Below the pieces are notes generated by a model. That model saw nothing but the letters and a program-made list of their open reading frames with translations. It was not told the DNA's origin and did not search any database. A stretch of DNA of 64,000 nt from Escherichia phage ECO07P3: the sequence record OP172786; one strand, 5' to 3'. Shown here piece by piece: positions 1 through 8,374 of the stretch. The position numbers were made by a program, and so were the translations under genes. The first letter of the stretch is position 1. Each line of letters opens with the position of its first letter.

Positions 1-499
1 CCTTTTCTAGGACTTCAGAAGCATATTTAGAACCAGCTTTAACATTCCATCCCGAATTATAAGAGGATATTGCCTTTCTTATATCGCCCTTATGTATATT
101 TAACCAATAAGAAAGTTCAATGTACGCCCAGGAAGCTGAATTGGACCGTTTATTCAACATTCTTTTTATTTCAGCATCAGTCATATTATAACCAAGTTCC
201 TTAACTCTTGCTCGCATGGTCGGCAAATAATTTTGGAACATTCCATAGGCATGATGCTTTGGTTTAGATTTTAAATTAACTCCGGCAGAGCTTTCTTGCC
301 ATAAAATAGCAGCCATTATATGACCTAATCCGCTCTTATGGATATTTTTGTGTGTTTTATATTTTCCATCCTTAGAAAATTGTTCCCCGAATTGATACGC
401 GTAACGCATGTTATCGAGTTGGACATTACTGAAAGTATGCTCGGAGCTATGCGCCATCATTGAAATGGCCAATAGACCAGCGAGTAGTGCTTTTCTCAT
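1..499 (-). CDS. Secreted lytic transglycosylase (SLT-domain)-like protein, partial; C-terminus lies beyond the window start
   Basis: Own translation of the minus strand from ATG at 497-499: MRKALLAGLLAISMMAHS (signal-peptide-like) followed by WQESSAG...GMFQ...SYNSG, resembling SLT-domain E-S / GLMQ / AYNAG motifs. Sits where T4 vs.1 would be (inferred from gene order). Not in the ORF track because it runs off the edge. Confidence 0.6.
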   Translation of the reverse strand, partial: MRKALLAGLLAISMMAHSSEHTFSNVQLDNMRYAYQFGEQFSKDGKYKTHKNIHKSGLGHIMAAILWQESSAGVNLKSKPKHHAYGMFQNYLPTMRARVKELGYNMTDAEIKRMLNKRSNSASWAYIELSYWLNIHKGDIRKAISSYNSGWNVKAGSKYASEVLEK

Positions 500-506
500 G
501 CTTACC

Positions 507-968
507 TCATTGAGTTTTAATTACTGCTTTAGAAGCCTTTCCTGGTAAACGACGACTGTTAATAATTGCCATCCTGCATTGAAGCGACGGGTCTTTGAAC
601 TTCGCATTAGGTTTACAAACTGTAAATCCAAGCCAAAGATTTCCATCTGTGATTTCTAAACGCCCAGGACGATATTCAACCCCATCAATAAAATCCTCGT
701 CAATGTCAGGACGCGGAGGCATACTCAGGAATTCATTAACTTCTAAAACATGGTCTTTTATTTTATGGAATAATTCAAAAACATATGTCTCATCAATCTC
801 CCGTTGAATTGCACGATCAAGAAGATGCTGAGAATATTTTAGATGAAACGATGAGACCCCTGCTGCTTTTGATGCCTCACGAATCTCATTGTTAATTTGA
901 CGAAACTCCGACTCAAAGTGACGACGGAGCTTATTTCGACGGATAAAAACTTCTGTGTTGATAGTCAT
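507..968 (-). CDS. regB: RegB sequence-specific endoribonuclease
   Basis: 153 aa ORF beginning MTINTEVFIRRNKLRRHFESEF, matching my recall of T4 RegB in sequence and length; gene order. Confidence 0.9.
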   Translation of the reverse strand: MTINTEVFIRRNKLRRHFESEFRQINNEIREASKAAGVSSFHLKYSQHLLDRAIQREIDETYVFELFHKIKDHVLEVNEFLSMPPRPDIDEDFIDGVEYRPGRLEITDGNLWLGFTVCKPNAKFKDPSLQCRMAIINSRRLPGKASKAVIKTQ

Positions 969-1027
969 GTTATTCTCCTCTTAACTGATAGAAAAATTAT
1001 ACCACAGTCAAGAGGAAAAGTAAACAA

Positions 1028-1306
1028 TTATTCTTTAAATCTAATCAATTTATTCATAGACTTTGAAACTTCTGCACGAACATCATGTAGGTTTTTGAGC
1101 TGTTCAAGACGCTGCTCATAGTAAGCAATTTCATCTTCTTCGAGACAGTCCTGTGAATCTTCTTTAAGATAACGCGCATAGTCCTGGAAAGCTTTACGGA
1201 CTACTTCCTGGAAGTCATCAAGACTTTGAATTTTCTTAGGAGCAACAGATACACGACGAGGGGCAGTATAATACTCATAACCAAACCCTGCGCTTAATTG
1301 AGCCAT
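1028..1306 (-). CDS. Hypothetical small early protein (T4 vs.3 position)
   Basis: ORF-track ORF 1028..1348; the internal Met ([13 protein letters not shown]) abuts the stop of the upstream ORF, so the start is probably 1306. No recognisable domain. Confidence 0.45.
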   Translation of the reverse strand: MAQLSAGFGYEYYTAPRRVSVAPKKIQSLDDFQEVVRKAFQDYARYLKEDSQDCLEEDEIAYYEQRLEQLKNLHDVRAEVSKSMNKLIRFKE

Positions 1307-1572
1307 TAATATTTTTCCTCTGGTTGGAACACAGCACGACAAGCCCACATACTGGCTTCTTTGAGTTTCGTTTTAGCAATAGTTAACTGATCGAGGCTTT
1401 CAGCATAATTCTTCGCGAATTCACAGTCTTCACAATTATCTAGTGCTTCCCAGAATTCGTCATATAAAGCATCAAAGATAAGTCCTAAACGAACTTCAGC
1501 ATCTTTGATAGCATTCACTTTACCGATTTTCTCTTCAGTATGTGGTTTATAACCTTTAATGTCTTCAATCAT
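1306..1572 (-). CDS. Hypothetical small early protein
   Basis: 88 aa ORF tightly packed with its neighbours; no recognisable domain. Confidence 0.45.
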   Translation of the reverse strand: MIEDIKGYKPHTEEKIGKVNAIKDAEVRLGLIFDALYDEFWEALDNCEDCEFAKNYAESLDQLTIAKTKLKEASMWACRAVFQPEEKY

Positions 1573-1786
1573 ATTCTACTTCCTCACCAGTACATAAATC
1601 ATATTCAACTAAACGAATAGGTTCATGAATGCCATATCCTTGAACAGAAATTTCTGTCGTAGGATAAATTCCACTAATATCACCCATGTTCCACGCTTCA
1701 TTAAATTGTTGTTCGCCTGAATTACTAAACCATTCGGCGAAAGCATTTAGCACATCTTTAGAACCTTCAATAATTATTTTTGCCAT
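1565..1786 (-). CDS. Hypothetical small acidic protein
   Basis: 73 aa ORF ([16 protein letters not shown]...), tightly packed. Confidence 0.45.
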   Translation of the reverse strand: MAKIIIEGSKDVLNAFAEWFSNSGEQQFNEAWNMGDISGIYPTTEISVQGYGIHEPIRLVEYDLCTGEEVEYD

Positions 1787-2148
1787 TACAAGCTCTCAGT
1801 AAAGGTACGAGCGATAACGTCGCGCTGCTGTTCCGGAGTCAGAGAGTTAAAGCGAACTGCATAACCGGATACACGGATGGTCAGCTGCGGATATTTTTCC
1901 GGATGCTTAACTGCATCTTCCAGAGTTTCACGACGCAAAACGTTTACGTTCAGGTGTTGACCACCTTCAATTTTAACCGTAGGCTGTGGTTCAATTTCAA
2001 TTTCACGGGCATGCAAACCGTAGAAAATTTCCGGATCTACAAAAGAGTCCTCTTTAAAGGTTTTAGAGACAATAATTCGTGCTTGAATACCATCTTCAAA
2101 ATAAATAGTACCTTTATGTGTGCCTTCAAGAATTTGATATGCTTTCAT
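1786..2148 (-). CDS. Autonomous glycyl-radical cofactor, GrcA/YfiD-like (T4 Y06I-type)
   Basis: 120 aa; C-terminal ~60 aa ([61 protein letters not shown]) carry the RVSGY glycine-radical motif and match my recall of E. coli GrcA almost exactly; the N-terminal half differs. Confidence 0.85.
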   Translation of the reverse strand: MKAYQILEGTHKGTIYFEDGIQARIIVSKTFKEDSFVDPEIFYGLHAREIEIEPQPTVKIEGGQHLNVNVLRRETLEDAVKHPEKYPQLTIRVSGYAVRFNSLTPEQQRDVIARTFTESL

Positions 2149-2154
2149 ATAACC

Positions 2155-2535
2155 TCAATTAGAAAATAAATTTATCCAAGATTGTTCTTTAATTAAAAAT
2201 GGCTCAGAATCATATGCCATTAAACTTTGGGTGATTAGTCCTTTAAAAGGCCCATCAATAAATTCCATGGTAAAATATGGAATTTTATTCATTAATCTTG
2301 CATTAGGAGCAGTGCACAAAACTCTACATCCTTTGAATACGCCTTTTTGTAATTTGTATTGCTTAGGATAAAATTCGCTCAAGACGTTGTTATTTGCCAA
2401 AATTTCAAAATGATTCACCAATTTATTTTTAATAGTTTTTGGCGAAAAATAAAGATATTCGAAAAGTTGCGTATCTGTCATCATTGCATTCCGATTACGA
2501 AAAACTGTGGACGAGTAATACCACCAGTACAGCAT
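2155..2535 (-). CDS. Hypothetical protein
   Basis: 126 aa ORF; no recognisable domain; overlaps the next ORF by ~55 nt in a different frame. Confidence 0.4.
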   Translation of the reverse strand: MLYWWYYSSTVFRNRNAMMTDTQLFEYLYFSPKTIKNKLVNHFEILANNNVLSEFYPKQYKLQKGVFKGCRVLCTAPNARLMNKIPYFTMEFIDGPFKGLITQSLMAYDSEPFLIKEQSWINLFSN

Positions 2536-3020
2536 TTACTATTGCAGCAGTGTTGCACAGTTTCAATATGAATATCGTAAATTTTATCCATATCAGGAGA
2601 TTTAACAGGCTCATCGATTATATACAAAATTCGAGAAAGCGATAAACCTCTGAACTTGCTACCTCTATTACCAACAAAACTACGGACAGAATCGGTAAAT
2701 AAGCGGAATCGAATATCATCGCCAGAATAACGAGAAAATTCTTTTTTAATGTGGCCCGCAGAAATTTTAGCGTAAGCTGAAGTATTAGAAAGAACAATAA
2801 CTGTTCCACCATCATACAGCCAATTAGCAGCAAAGTTAGTCACAACAGTTGATTTACCAGATTGACGTCCACCATCTAGTCGAAGTGTGCAATACTGCTT
2901 AAGTAAGTCTTCAAATGGTGGGATATAATCGTTTTTACAAATTTCTTCTACTCTAGCATCAGAATGGTGTGTAAAAGCATTCATCAGGGATAGATAAGGA
3001 CCAGTTAAAAATGTTCTCAT
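2481..3020 (-). CDS. P-loop NTPase with C-terminal Cys cluster
   Basis: Walker A GGRQSGKST, Walker B-like ILYIIDEP, and C-terminal HCCNSKCC. Probable start is the internal Met (MRTFLTGPYL) preceded by agagagaataaaATG, rather than the ORF-track start at 3068. Confidence 0.55.
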   Translation of the reverse strand: MRTFLTGPYLSLMNAFTHHSDARVEEICKNDYIPPFEDLLKQYCTLRLDGGRQSGKSTVVTNFAANWLYDGGTVIVLSNTSAYAKISAGHIKKEFSRYSGDDIRFRLFTDSVRSFVGNRGSKFRGLSLSRILYIIDEPVKSPDMDKIYDIHIETVQHCCNSKCCTGGITRPQFFVIGMQ

Positions 3021-3195
3021 TTTATTCTCTCTAAATTTGGGCCATTCCATGGCGCATGAATTGTCCATTTCTGTATTTACCCATTACCGCACTTGGGCTC
3101 GACCTTATTACAGGTTGGCGGGAATCCCTCAGAATCATGAGGTCCAGCTTGTTCCCATGTTATTTGAATGTAAATAGGCCTAAGTATAGGCCTTA

Positions 3196-3441
3196 TTAAT
3201 TACCACGGGCTGCATTAGCAACGGCATAAGCGTACTGAACATTAGCGTCCTTAAACGTACCTTTAGAGGTATCTATTTCTGCCTTAAAGCCGCCTTTAGC
3301 CATAACATCAGCAAATTCTTTACGGAAGGCCATTGCATCAAGACCTTTCCATGATGATTTGTGCTTAGCGAATTCAAGACCAGCGTAGTTGACAGCTTTA
3401 GCCAATTTATTATCAATGACCCATTTACCGGCTTTAGGCAC
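3196..3441 (-). CDS. Hypothetical Lys/Ala-rich small protein (GTG start)
   Basis: 81 aa ORF. I checked the start codon: it is GTG (plus cac at 3439-3441). Frame is open upstream to 3576 with no ATG. No resemblance to the DenV C-terminus. Confidence 0.35.
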   Translation of the reverse strand: MPKAGKWVIDNKLAKAVNYAGLEFAKHKSSWKGLDAMAFRKEFADVMAKGGFKAEIDTSKGTFKDANVQYAYAVANAARGN

Positions 3442-3473
3442 AAACTTCGGGCCTTTTTGTTTAGAGAACAGTT

Positions 3474-3710
3474 TTAAATTCCAGCGATTAACTCGATTTG
3501 GCGTAAACGTAAAAATTCGAGTTTGTTGTAAAAGAATGTTACGTGGCCTGTGCCTAAGATAAATGTTGGAGAGATTTTAAAATCCTTTACACGTTTACCG
3601 TTTTGAACATGTTTACGGACTGCACCAAATACGCGTGGTAATTCACGATACTCAGCCATAAGATGTTGGTCGGTCAGTTCGGAAACGAGTGTTAAATTGA
3701 TACGAGTCAT
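3474..3710 (-). CDS. denV: Endonuclease V (DenV, pyrimidine-dimer glycosylase) homolog, truncated at ~78 aa versus 138 aa in T4; possible pseudogene
   Basis: [35 protein letters not shown]...[20 protein letters not shown] then stop. N-terminal catalytic residues (Thr2, Arg3, Arg22, Glu23, Arg26) are present; the C-terminal ~60 residues including the aromatic WYKYY segment are absent. The real start is the internal Met of the ORF-track ORF. Confidence 0.65.
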   Translation of the reverse strand: MTRINLTLVSELTDQHLMAEYRELPRVFGAVRKHVQNGKRVKDFKISPTFILGTGHVTFFYNKLEFLRLRQIELIAGI

Positions 3711-3734
3711 AATTTCCTCCAAGTAGTTGATGAA

Positions 3735-3770
3735 TGTATAGTATCAAAACCCTTGGAGGAAGTAAACAAC
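3735..3770 (-). promoter_or_regulatory. Early promoter upstream of denV
   Basis: Minus strand TTTAC, ~17 nt, TACTAT, then ggaggaaattATG. Confidence 0.4.
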
Positions 3771-4051
3771 TATTTTTCTGAAGCGCCTGAAATATATTTT
3801 TCAAGACGTTGTTTCATCAGCGAGCCGTTCTTAGCGATTTCTTCCGGTTTGTCGCACATACGCAACAAGGCTTCAAGCTTAACGATATCACTGGTGCGCT
3901 CAAATTTGCGAGTATCTATCTTACTAGCAAGTTCAGAAATACGTGCTAATAGACTTTCAGCTTCAACCAAAGCTGCACCTAGCTTAGTTGCAAATGTGTC
4001 AGTAGCTTCGTTAAGAATAGATTCTGATAAAAATTCACTATATGTTTTCAT
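3770..4051 (-). CDS. Phage internal protein (IP) with capsid-targeting sequence, at the ipII/ipIII locus
   Basis: Starts [10 protein letters not shown] from the internal Met, fitting the T-even capsid-targeting sequence consensus MKTYQEFIAE with the gp21 cleavage context L-x-E; lies between denV and e. Confidence 0.7.
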   Translation of the reverse strand: MKTYSEFLSESILNEATDTFATKLGAALVEAESLLARISELASKIDTRKFERTSDIVKLEALLRMCDKPEEIAKNGSLMKQRLEKYISGASEK

Positions 4052-4536
4052 ATATACGCTTTCCAAGTTCCTGTTTTAAATGTTGAGATTACGCGTTTAG
4101 CGCGATTAGGTGTCTGACGGTACCATTTAGATTGGGCTAGATTTACTGCCGCTTCGTCCCAGCGTTTCTGTTGAAGCATACGAAGAGAATTAGTAAAACC
4201 AGCGACGCCTGCTACGCCCATTTGGAAGACCATATTGACCAACGCACATCGACGAACTGCATCTAAAGAATCATATACCGGTTTAAGTTTAGCATTACCC
4301 AAGATTCCGCGAACGGCTTTATCAACGTCTTCATTAAATAGCTTTTCAGCCTCATCAAGGGTAATTGTACCGTTGCATTTACGTCCGATCATTCTGTCAA
4401 GTTCAGCTTTAGCTACGGCTAAAGACGGGTTCTTTGTTACTAAATGGCCTATGCCAATCGTCCAAAAGCCTTCAGTGTCTTTGTATAAAGTCAGTCTAAG
4501 ACCTTCATCTATACGCAACATTTCAAATATATTCAT
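4048..4536 (-). CDS. e: Lysozyme (endolysin, T4 e homolog)
   Basis: 162 aa; [21 protein letters not shown]...TIGIGHL and ...RAKRVI..F.TGTW align closely with T4 lysozyme but with many substitutions. Confidence 0.95.
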   Translation of the reverse strand: MNIFEMLRIDEGLRLTLYKDTEGFWTIGIGHLVTKNPSLAVAKAELDRMIGRKCNGTITLDEAEKLFNEDVDKAVRGILGNAKLKPVYDSLDAVRRCALVNMVFQMGVAGVAGFTNSLRMLQQKRWDEAAVNLAQSKWYRQTPNRAKRVISTFKTGTWKAYI

Positions 4537-4572
4537 AATACCTCCTAAGTATTTATAGAAGGTATTTATAAA

Positions 4573-5013
4573 TTAAAAGAGGTTGTTCATTATTCGGTAA
4601 AGTGAAGAACCCATCACATATTGCCACTGAGTACGAGGAATAAGAGCAAAAGCATCCATCTCTGGAATCATAACGCCATCTTTATTTTCAAAATAAGACT
4701 CACAATGGCAATTTCTAAACATCTCATGCTCTACTGGAATCGTATAATAAAACAACTGTAAGTCTTTATTACTAGAATATTTAAATACACCTAGGTCTTC
4801 TAGAAGGTCTGGATTATAATTGCTAAAACCGGTCTCTTCTAAGCATTCTCTTCGTGCTGCATCTAGTGCGCTCAAATCAGAATTTTCTACACGGCCTTTT
4901 GGAATATCCCAGCGATGTGCCATCATTCCAGGCTTACGAGAACCAGTAACTCGTCCCATAAATAAATCTTTATCTTCTGTCATAAAGATAATACCAGCTG
5001 ATAGTGTTTTCAT
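4573..5013 (-). CDS. nudE: Nudix hydrolase (T4 NudE / e.1 homolog)
   Basis: Nudix box GRVENSDLSALDAARRECLEETGF; probable start is the second ATG (MKTLSAGIIF) with AGGAA seven nt upstream. Confidence 0.85.
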   Translation of the reverse strand: MKTLSAGIIFMTEDKDLFMGRVTGSRKPGMMAHRWDIPKGRVENSDLSALDAARRECLEETGFSNYNPDLLEDLGVFKYSSNKDLQLFYYTIPVEHEMFRNCHCESYFENKDGVMIPEMDAFALIPRTQWQYVMGSSLYRIMNNLF

Positions 5014-5498
5014 TTTAATTTCCTGCATTCAGTGATAAAGTTATTTAAATTTTGAGCATATTTCTTTTCATCAAAAATCTTTTGCTGCCTACGTAAACGC
5101 CATGGCATTTCAATGAACACGCACCATATTCCTGATAGTACTGCTGCTGTAAAAATATTAACAAGTATGATTAAAAGAATCCAATCTCCCGTTCTGCCTA
5201 CTGGACTTTCTCCAAAGAAGCAAAATACAAATGATGTCACAGGAAAACTAATAATATACCACAGAATCATAATCTTATCTGTGAACCAATCAGCGTTCGT
5301 TAATTTAGCGCGACCATTATGAATACACACGAATTTATCATCTGTTGCAGTAGATGGCTTAACTGGTTGATATCCCATTCTAAACTCCCTAATCAGCAAA
5401 TTTTTCATATCTTCGGAACAGCCATTCCAGTCAACTCTATCAACTGAAATGCCATCGTCCCCATCATCTAAATCATACCAGCGAGTTTTTAAAATCAT
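5010..5498 (-). CDS. Small membrane protein (soluble N-terminus, hydrophobic C-terminal half, C-terminal ...ITECRKLK)
   Basis: 162 aa; hydrophobic segments ILWYIISFPVTSFVFCFF and WILLIILVNIFTAAVLSGIWCVF; ATGA start/stop overlap with the upstream gene. Confidence 0.5.
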   Translation of the reverse strand: MILKTRWYDLDDGDDGISVDRVDWNGCSEDMKNLLIREFRMGYQPVKPSTATDDKFVCIHNGRAKLTNADWFTDKIMILWYIISFPVTSFVFCFFGESPVGRTGDWILLIILVNIFTAAVLSGIWCVFIEMPWRLRRQQKIFDEKKYAQNLNNFITECRKLK

Positions 5499-5869
5499 CT
5501 GATTTTCCTACAATCACTCACAAACTCTTTCATTGATTCATTTTCAATATAAGACATGTAGCTATTATATTCTTTTAATTGTATTTTGTAATCCTTTTTT
5601 CTTTGCCAATTTATTTTAAAATTATCATAATGAAAATATAACATGGTACCAAAGAATGAAAATAATGAAATTGCTATAGTATAACGAAGTTCACTCCAAA
5701 CTTCTATTATATCTACTATACCACTGACATTACTGCGGATGTTTAAAATAATACAATCAATCATTAATCCAATAAGACTACCAGCAAGAGCTGCAGCCAA
5801 CGCCACAGCAAAAATTAAAAATGACTCAGAAAAAGAATATTTAACTTTATTTAGTTTTGGCTTTTGCAT
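5495..5869 (-). CDS. Small membrane protein (two predicted TM helices, C-terminal ...VSDCRKIR)
   Basis: 124 aa; hydrophobic segments FLIFAVALAAALAGSLIGLMI and TIAISLFSFFGTMLYF; AAGGA six nt upstream of the ATG. Confidence 0.5.
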   Translation of the reverse strand: MQKPKLNKVKYSFSESFLIFAVALAAALAGSLIGLMIDCIILNIRSNVSGIVDIIEVWSELRYTIAISLFSFFGTMLYFHYDNFKINWQRKKDYKIQLKEYNSYMSYIENESMKEFVSDCRKIR

Positions 5870-6243
5870 CGTGATTCCTTAACAAATTTCATAATTTCGT
5901 TAAATTCATGCATATCTAATTTAAGCTGGTGTTCCTTTTTAATCTTTTTACACTGAGCTTTCCATTCGCGTACACGTTTACGATAATGTCTTCCTTGATA
6001 CCAATATCCTACCCAATTTACAGGTACCAATAAAAATGGAACTACTAATGGAAGAATTAATACTAACAAAAATATTACGCCAGATTCAATATCAGTCATA
6101 AAGTCTATAACCATTCCAATAATCAATAGAATTACAAATGATATAGCTGTCACAGGACCTATTAATACATCAGTAGGAATTAGCTGGCGCTTTAATTCAT
6201 ACTTCAACGGTTTACTTGGAAGGTATAGTGATGGTTTTGACAT
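5851..6243 (-). CDS. Small membrane protein (two predicted TM helices, C-terminal ...VKESRCKSQN)
   Basis: Hydrophobic segments VTAISFVILLIIGMVIDF and VIFLLVLILPLVVPFLLV. The ORF-track start at 6264 is a TTG; probable start is ATG at 6243 (MSKPSLYLP). Confidence 0.5.
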   Translation of the reverse strand: MSKPSLYLPSKPLKYELKRQLIPTDVLIGPVTAISFVILLIIGMVIDFMTDIESGVIFLLVLILPLVVPFLLVPVNWVGYWYQGRHYRKRVREWKAQCKKIKKEHQLKLDMHEFNEIMKFVKESRCKSQN

Positions 6244-6820
6244 ATTCTCTACATTCCTTAACAAATTTTTCTAGTAATAAATCACTTTCAAAATTAGGAT
6301 TTTCCACTAATTTATCAAAAAGATCATCAACAATATTCAAGATATTTCTTTTACTAAGAATACGTTTATTTTCATGTTTCGTTTCAGAATCAACTATAAG
6401 AGTAAAGAAATATTTCTTTCCCTGAAATTTTACTGTAGTATCAATATAGAATAAATTTGACTTTTGTAAGTTACGTTTAAACCATGCGTCACTTAAACTA
6501 TAAACACCGAGATAATCAAAATCGTCGTTTAAATAACATACTGTCCATTCAGGAGAAATGAAATCAGTAAATTCAACATCAAAATCACACGTCAATGAAT
6601 GAATTGATTCAATACTGTTAATAAGTATTCCAGGGCGTATTAAAGACTTTTTACCTCTAGAAAATCTTCCAGAAAGACTTTCATCAGTTTCATATGAAGA
6701 CCCCCAATAGTAATTACGTCCTTCTGCCATACGTTTAAGAGCATTTAGTAATTGGTCTGGAACATCAACCTGTCTTTGGAACTCTTCAAACATTGAATTG
6801 AAATCACTTTGCATTTTCAT
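6212..6820 (-). CDS. Hypothetical protein (202 aa), first gene of the membrane-protein cluster
   Basis: ORF followed tightly by the three small membrane-protein ORFs; C-terminus ...KFVKECREYVK overlaps the next gene's ribosome-binding site. Confidence 0.5.
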   Translation of the reverse strand: MKMQSDFNSMFEEFQRQVDVPDQLLNALKRMAEGRNYYWGSSYETDESLSGRFSRGKKSLIRPGILINSIESIHSLTCDFDVEFTDFISPEWTVCYLNDDFDYLGVYSLSDAWFKRNLQKSNLFYIDTTVKFQGKKYFFTLIVDSETKHENKRILSKRNILNIVDDLFDKLVENPNFESDLLLEKFVKECREYVKTITIPSK

Positions 6821-6841
6821 TCCTATTTACTCCAAGTAATA

Positions 6842-6855
6842 GGGGCCGAAGCCCC
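6842..6855 (-). terminator. Intercistronic GC stem-loop (ggggcTTCGgcccc); RNA hairpin, possibly terminator or stabiliser
   Basis: Perfect inverted repeat with a UUCG-type tetraloop between two minus-strand genes; no clear U-tract follows. Confidence 0.4.
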
Positions 6856-6861
6856 TTATCA

Positions 6862-7455
6862 TTATTTCAGAGAATTAATGTATTCCTGAACATCGGCAGA
6901 GGTAGTTTCAACCCCAGAAATATTACCATTAAAGGTTTCAACTCGAGCAAGGGTATCTTCAATATCAACCTTAGTCAGTGCTGCAATTTCAACTACATCA
7001 TCAGCAGTACTAATTCCAAGGGCATTTGCCGCACGAGTTTCACGGATATATTCCAATTTAACTGCAAGTTCTTGGCGAGCATCATCTAACTCAACTACTT
7101 TCTTGGCGATTTCAATTCGCATTTCAGCATAACCGTCAGCTTTAGTAGTCAACCGTTCAGCTGTTCGACGATATAGTAAACCGAGTTTAGCATGCATTGT
7201 TACATCTTGACCTTCGGAAAGAAGTTTTCGAATTTCACGCTCTTTTGATTCAGCCTGTCGATTCTTTTCGATAACAAGTTCACGAATACGTTTTTCTTCA
7301 TTAATAGATTTAACAGAAGCAGTTTTTAGATCTTTAATTTTATCAAGCAGTTTTGCTGCTGCAGCAGTATACTGTTCTTCAACAGATAGATTTTTAGCCA
7401 TAGCAGAACCAAGTTTAGTGCGAATAAACTCAACAATTTTCTTCAGTGTGTTCAT
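6862..7455 (-). CDS. Coiled-coil protein; PspA/IM30-like is speculative
   Basis: 197 aa, strongly helical with charged heptad-like composition ([41 protein letters not shown]...). Confidence 0.5.
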   Translation of the reverse strand: MNTLKKIVEFIRTKLGSAMAKNLSVEEQYTAAAAKLLDKIKDLKTASVKSINEEKRIRELVIEKNRQAESKEREIRKLLSEGQDVTMHAKLGLLYRRTAERLTTKADGYAEMRIEIAKKVVELDDARQELAVKLEYIRETRAANALGISTADDVVEIAALTKVDIEDTLARVETFNGNISGVETTSADVQEYINSLK

Positions 7456-7498
7456 AGTATTTCCTTAGGTTAATTGAGATTTAAAATCCGTGGGAGTA

Positions 7499-7675
7499 TT
7501 ATACTCCAAAGAGTTTATAAACTATTTCGACATCGCCTTTTGCTGCTTTATAACCTTCAGCCCAGGATACAACCGAATTTTTATCTGAAGATTCAAACTC
7601 TGGCATTGGGCTTTCACCAATATTCACGCAGTATGTTTCTTCATTCTCGTCGAACCAAATAATTAAAGTAGTCAT
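7499..7675 (-). CDS. Small hypothetical protein (58 aa)
   Basis: My own minus-strand translation (MTTLIIWFDENEETYCVNIGESPMPEFESS...); GGAG-containing RBS upstream; below the ORF-track length cutoff. Confidence 0.3.
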   Translation of the reverse strand: MTTLIIWFDENEETYCVNIGESPMPEFESSDKNSVVSWAEGYKAAKGDVEIVYKLFGV

Positions 7676-7749
7676 TTATTTCTCCGTTTCTGTATTTGTT
7701 TTGATAAGTCTATAATAACACCATCCTTGGTGTTTGTACATCATTATTT

Positions 7750-8055
7750 TTAATTTTTCCAACTTAACAACTTGTAGTGTCCTTCATTCATACGTGGTTT
7801 ATCCCAAGAAATACTAATATATGATTCACTGTCAATAGAAGTCGCCGGGTTTTTCTCTACCGTAAGACCTTCACTTTCCAGCCATTCAATAGTATTTGCG
7901 CATAAATCGGAAGAACACCTCATCGGAAACCGGCAAGATTTTTCACCTTTAGATGCAGCGTTATACATCTTTTCTAAAATACGCTTTTGCACGTTTTTAA
8001 AAATAGTTTCAGCGGATTCTTCAGATTTTTTATTCAGTTCAATATAAAGACTCAT
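7750..8055 (-). CDS. Hypothetical protein
   Basis: ORF-track ORF 7750..8082; the first ATG overlaps the promoter -10, so the probable start is the internal Met (MSLYIELNKK) with gagaag upstream. Confidence 0.45.
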   Translation of the reverse strand: MSLYIELNKKSEESAETIFKNVQKRILEKMYNAASKGEKSCRFPMRCSSDLCANTIEWLESEGLTVEKNPATSIDSESYISISWDKPRMNEGHYKLLSWKN

Positions 8056-8077
8056 AACATTCTTCTCATTAATAGGG

Positions 8078-8112
8078 CTCATAATATCTCAATCATGAGC
8101 CTGTGTAAACTT
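8078..8112 (-). promoter_or_regulatory. Early promoter (minus strand)
   Basis: Minus strand TTTACA, 17 nt, TATTAT. Confidence 0.4.
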
Positions 8113-8374
8113 ATTTCATATTATTGAAATATTCTTCTGCGATTTCGTCGTTATCATGGTAAACTTTAGAAGACAGTTTAACATAACCTTCAGCAGTGAA
8201 CATGTTAATCACAACCTTTACAGTATACCACTGACCATCTTCATTACCCATTACTGCATAGGTTTCAAACATCGGATGGTCAGGACCGATAACTTTAATA
8301 TCATTCACTGTACGACCGAAATCTTCTGAAACGCATTTCATAAAGAAGTTGAACAGTTCGCCGTAATTATCCAT
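8111..8374 (-). CDS. Hypothetical protein
   Basis: ORF-track ORF 8111..8437; probable start is the internal Met (MDNYGELFNFF) preceded by ggagaataaaATG. Confidence 0.45.
   Translation of the reverse strand: MDNYGELFNFFMKCVSEDFGRTVNDIKVIGPDHPMFETYAVMGNEDGQWYTVKVVINMFTAEGYVKLSSKVYHDNDEIAEEYFNNMK

Noticed and set aside
1028-1348. ORF-track start coordinates in general (for example 1028..1348, 2481..3068, 4573..5028, 14093..14704, 39949..41535)
   Set aside because: Several upstream starts are GTG/TTG or lack an RBS; internal ATG starts with Shine-Dalgarno sequences and ATGA/TAATG coupling fit better, so I adjusted the coordinates.
3753-4079. Plus-strand ORF of 108 aa
   Set aside because: Antisense to the internal-protein gene, which has the recognisable capsid-targeting sequence and a promoter.
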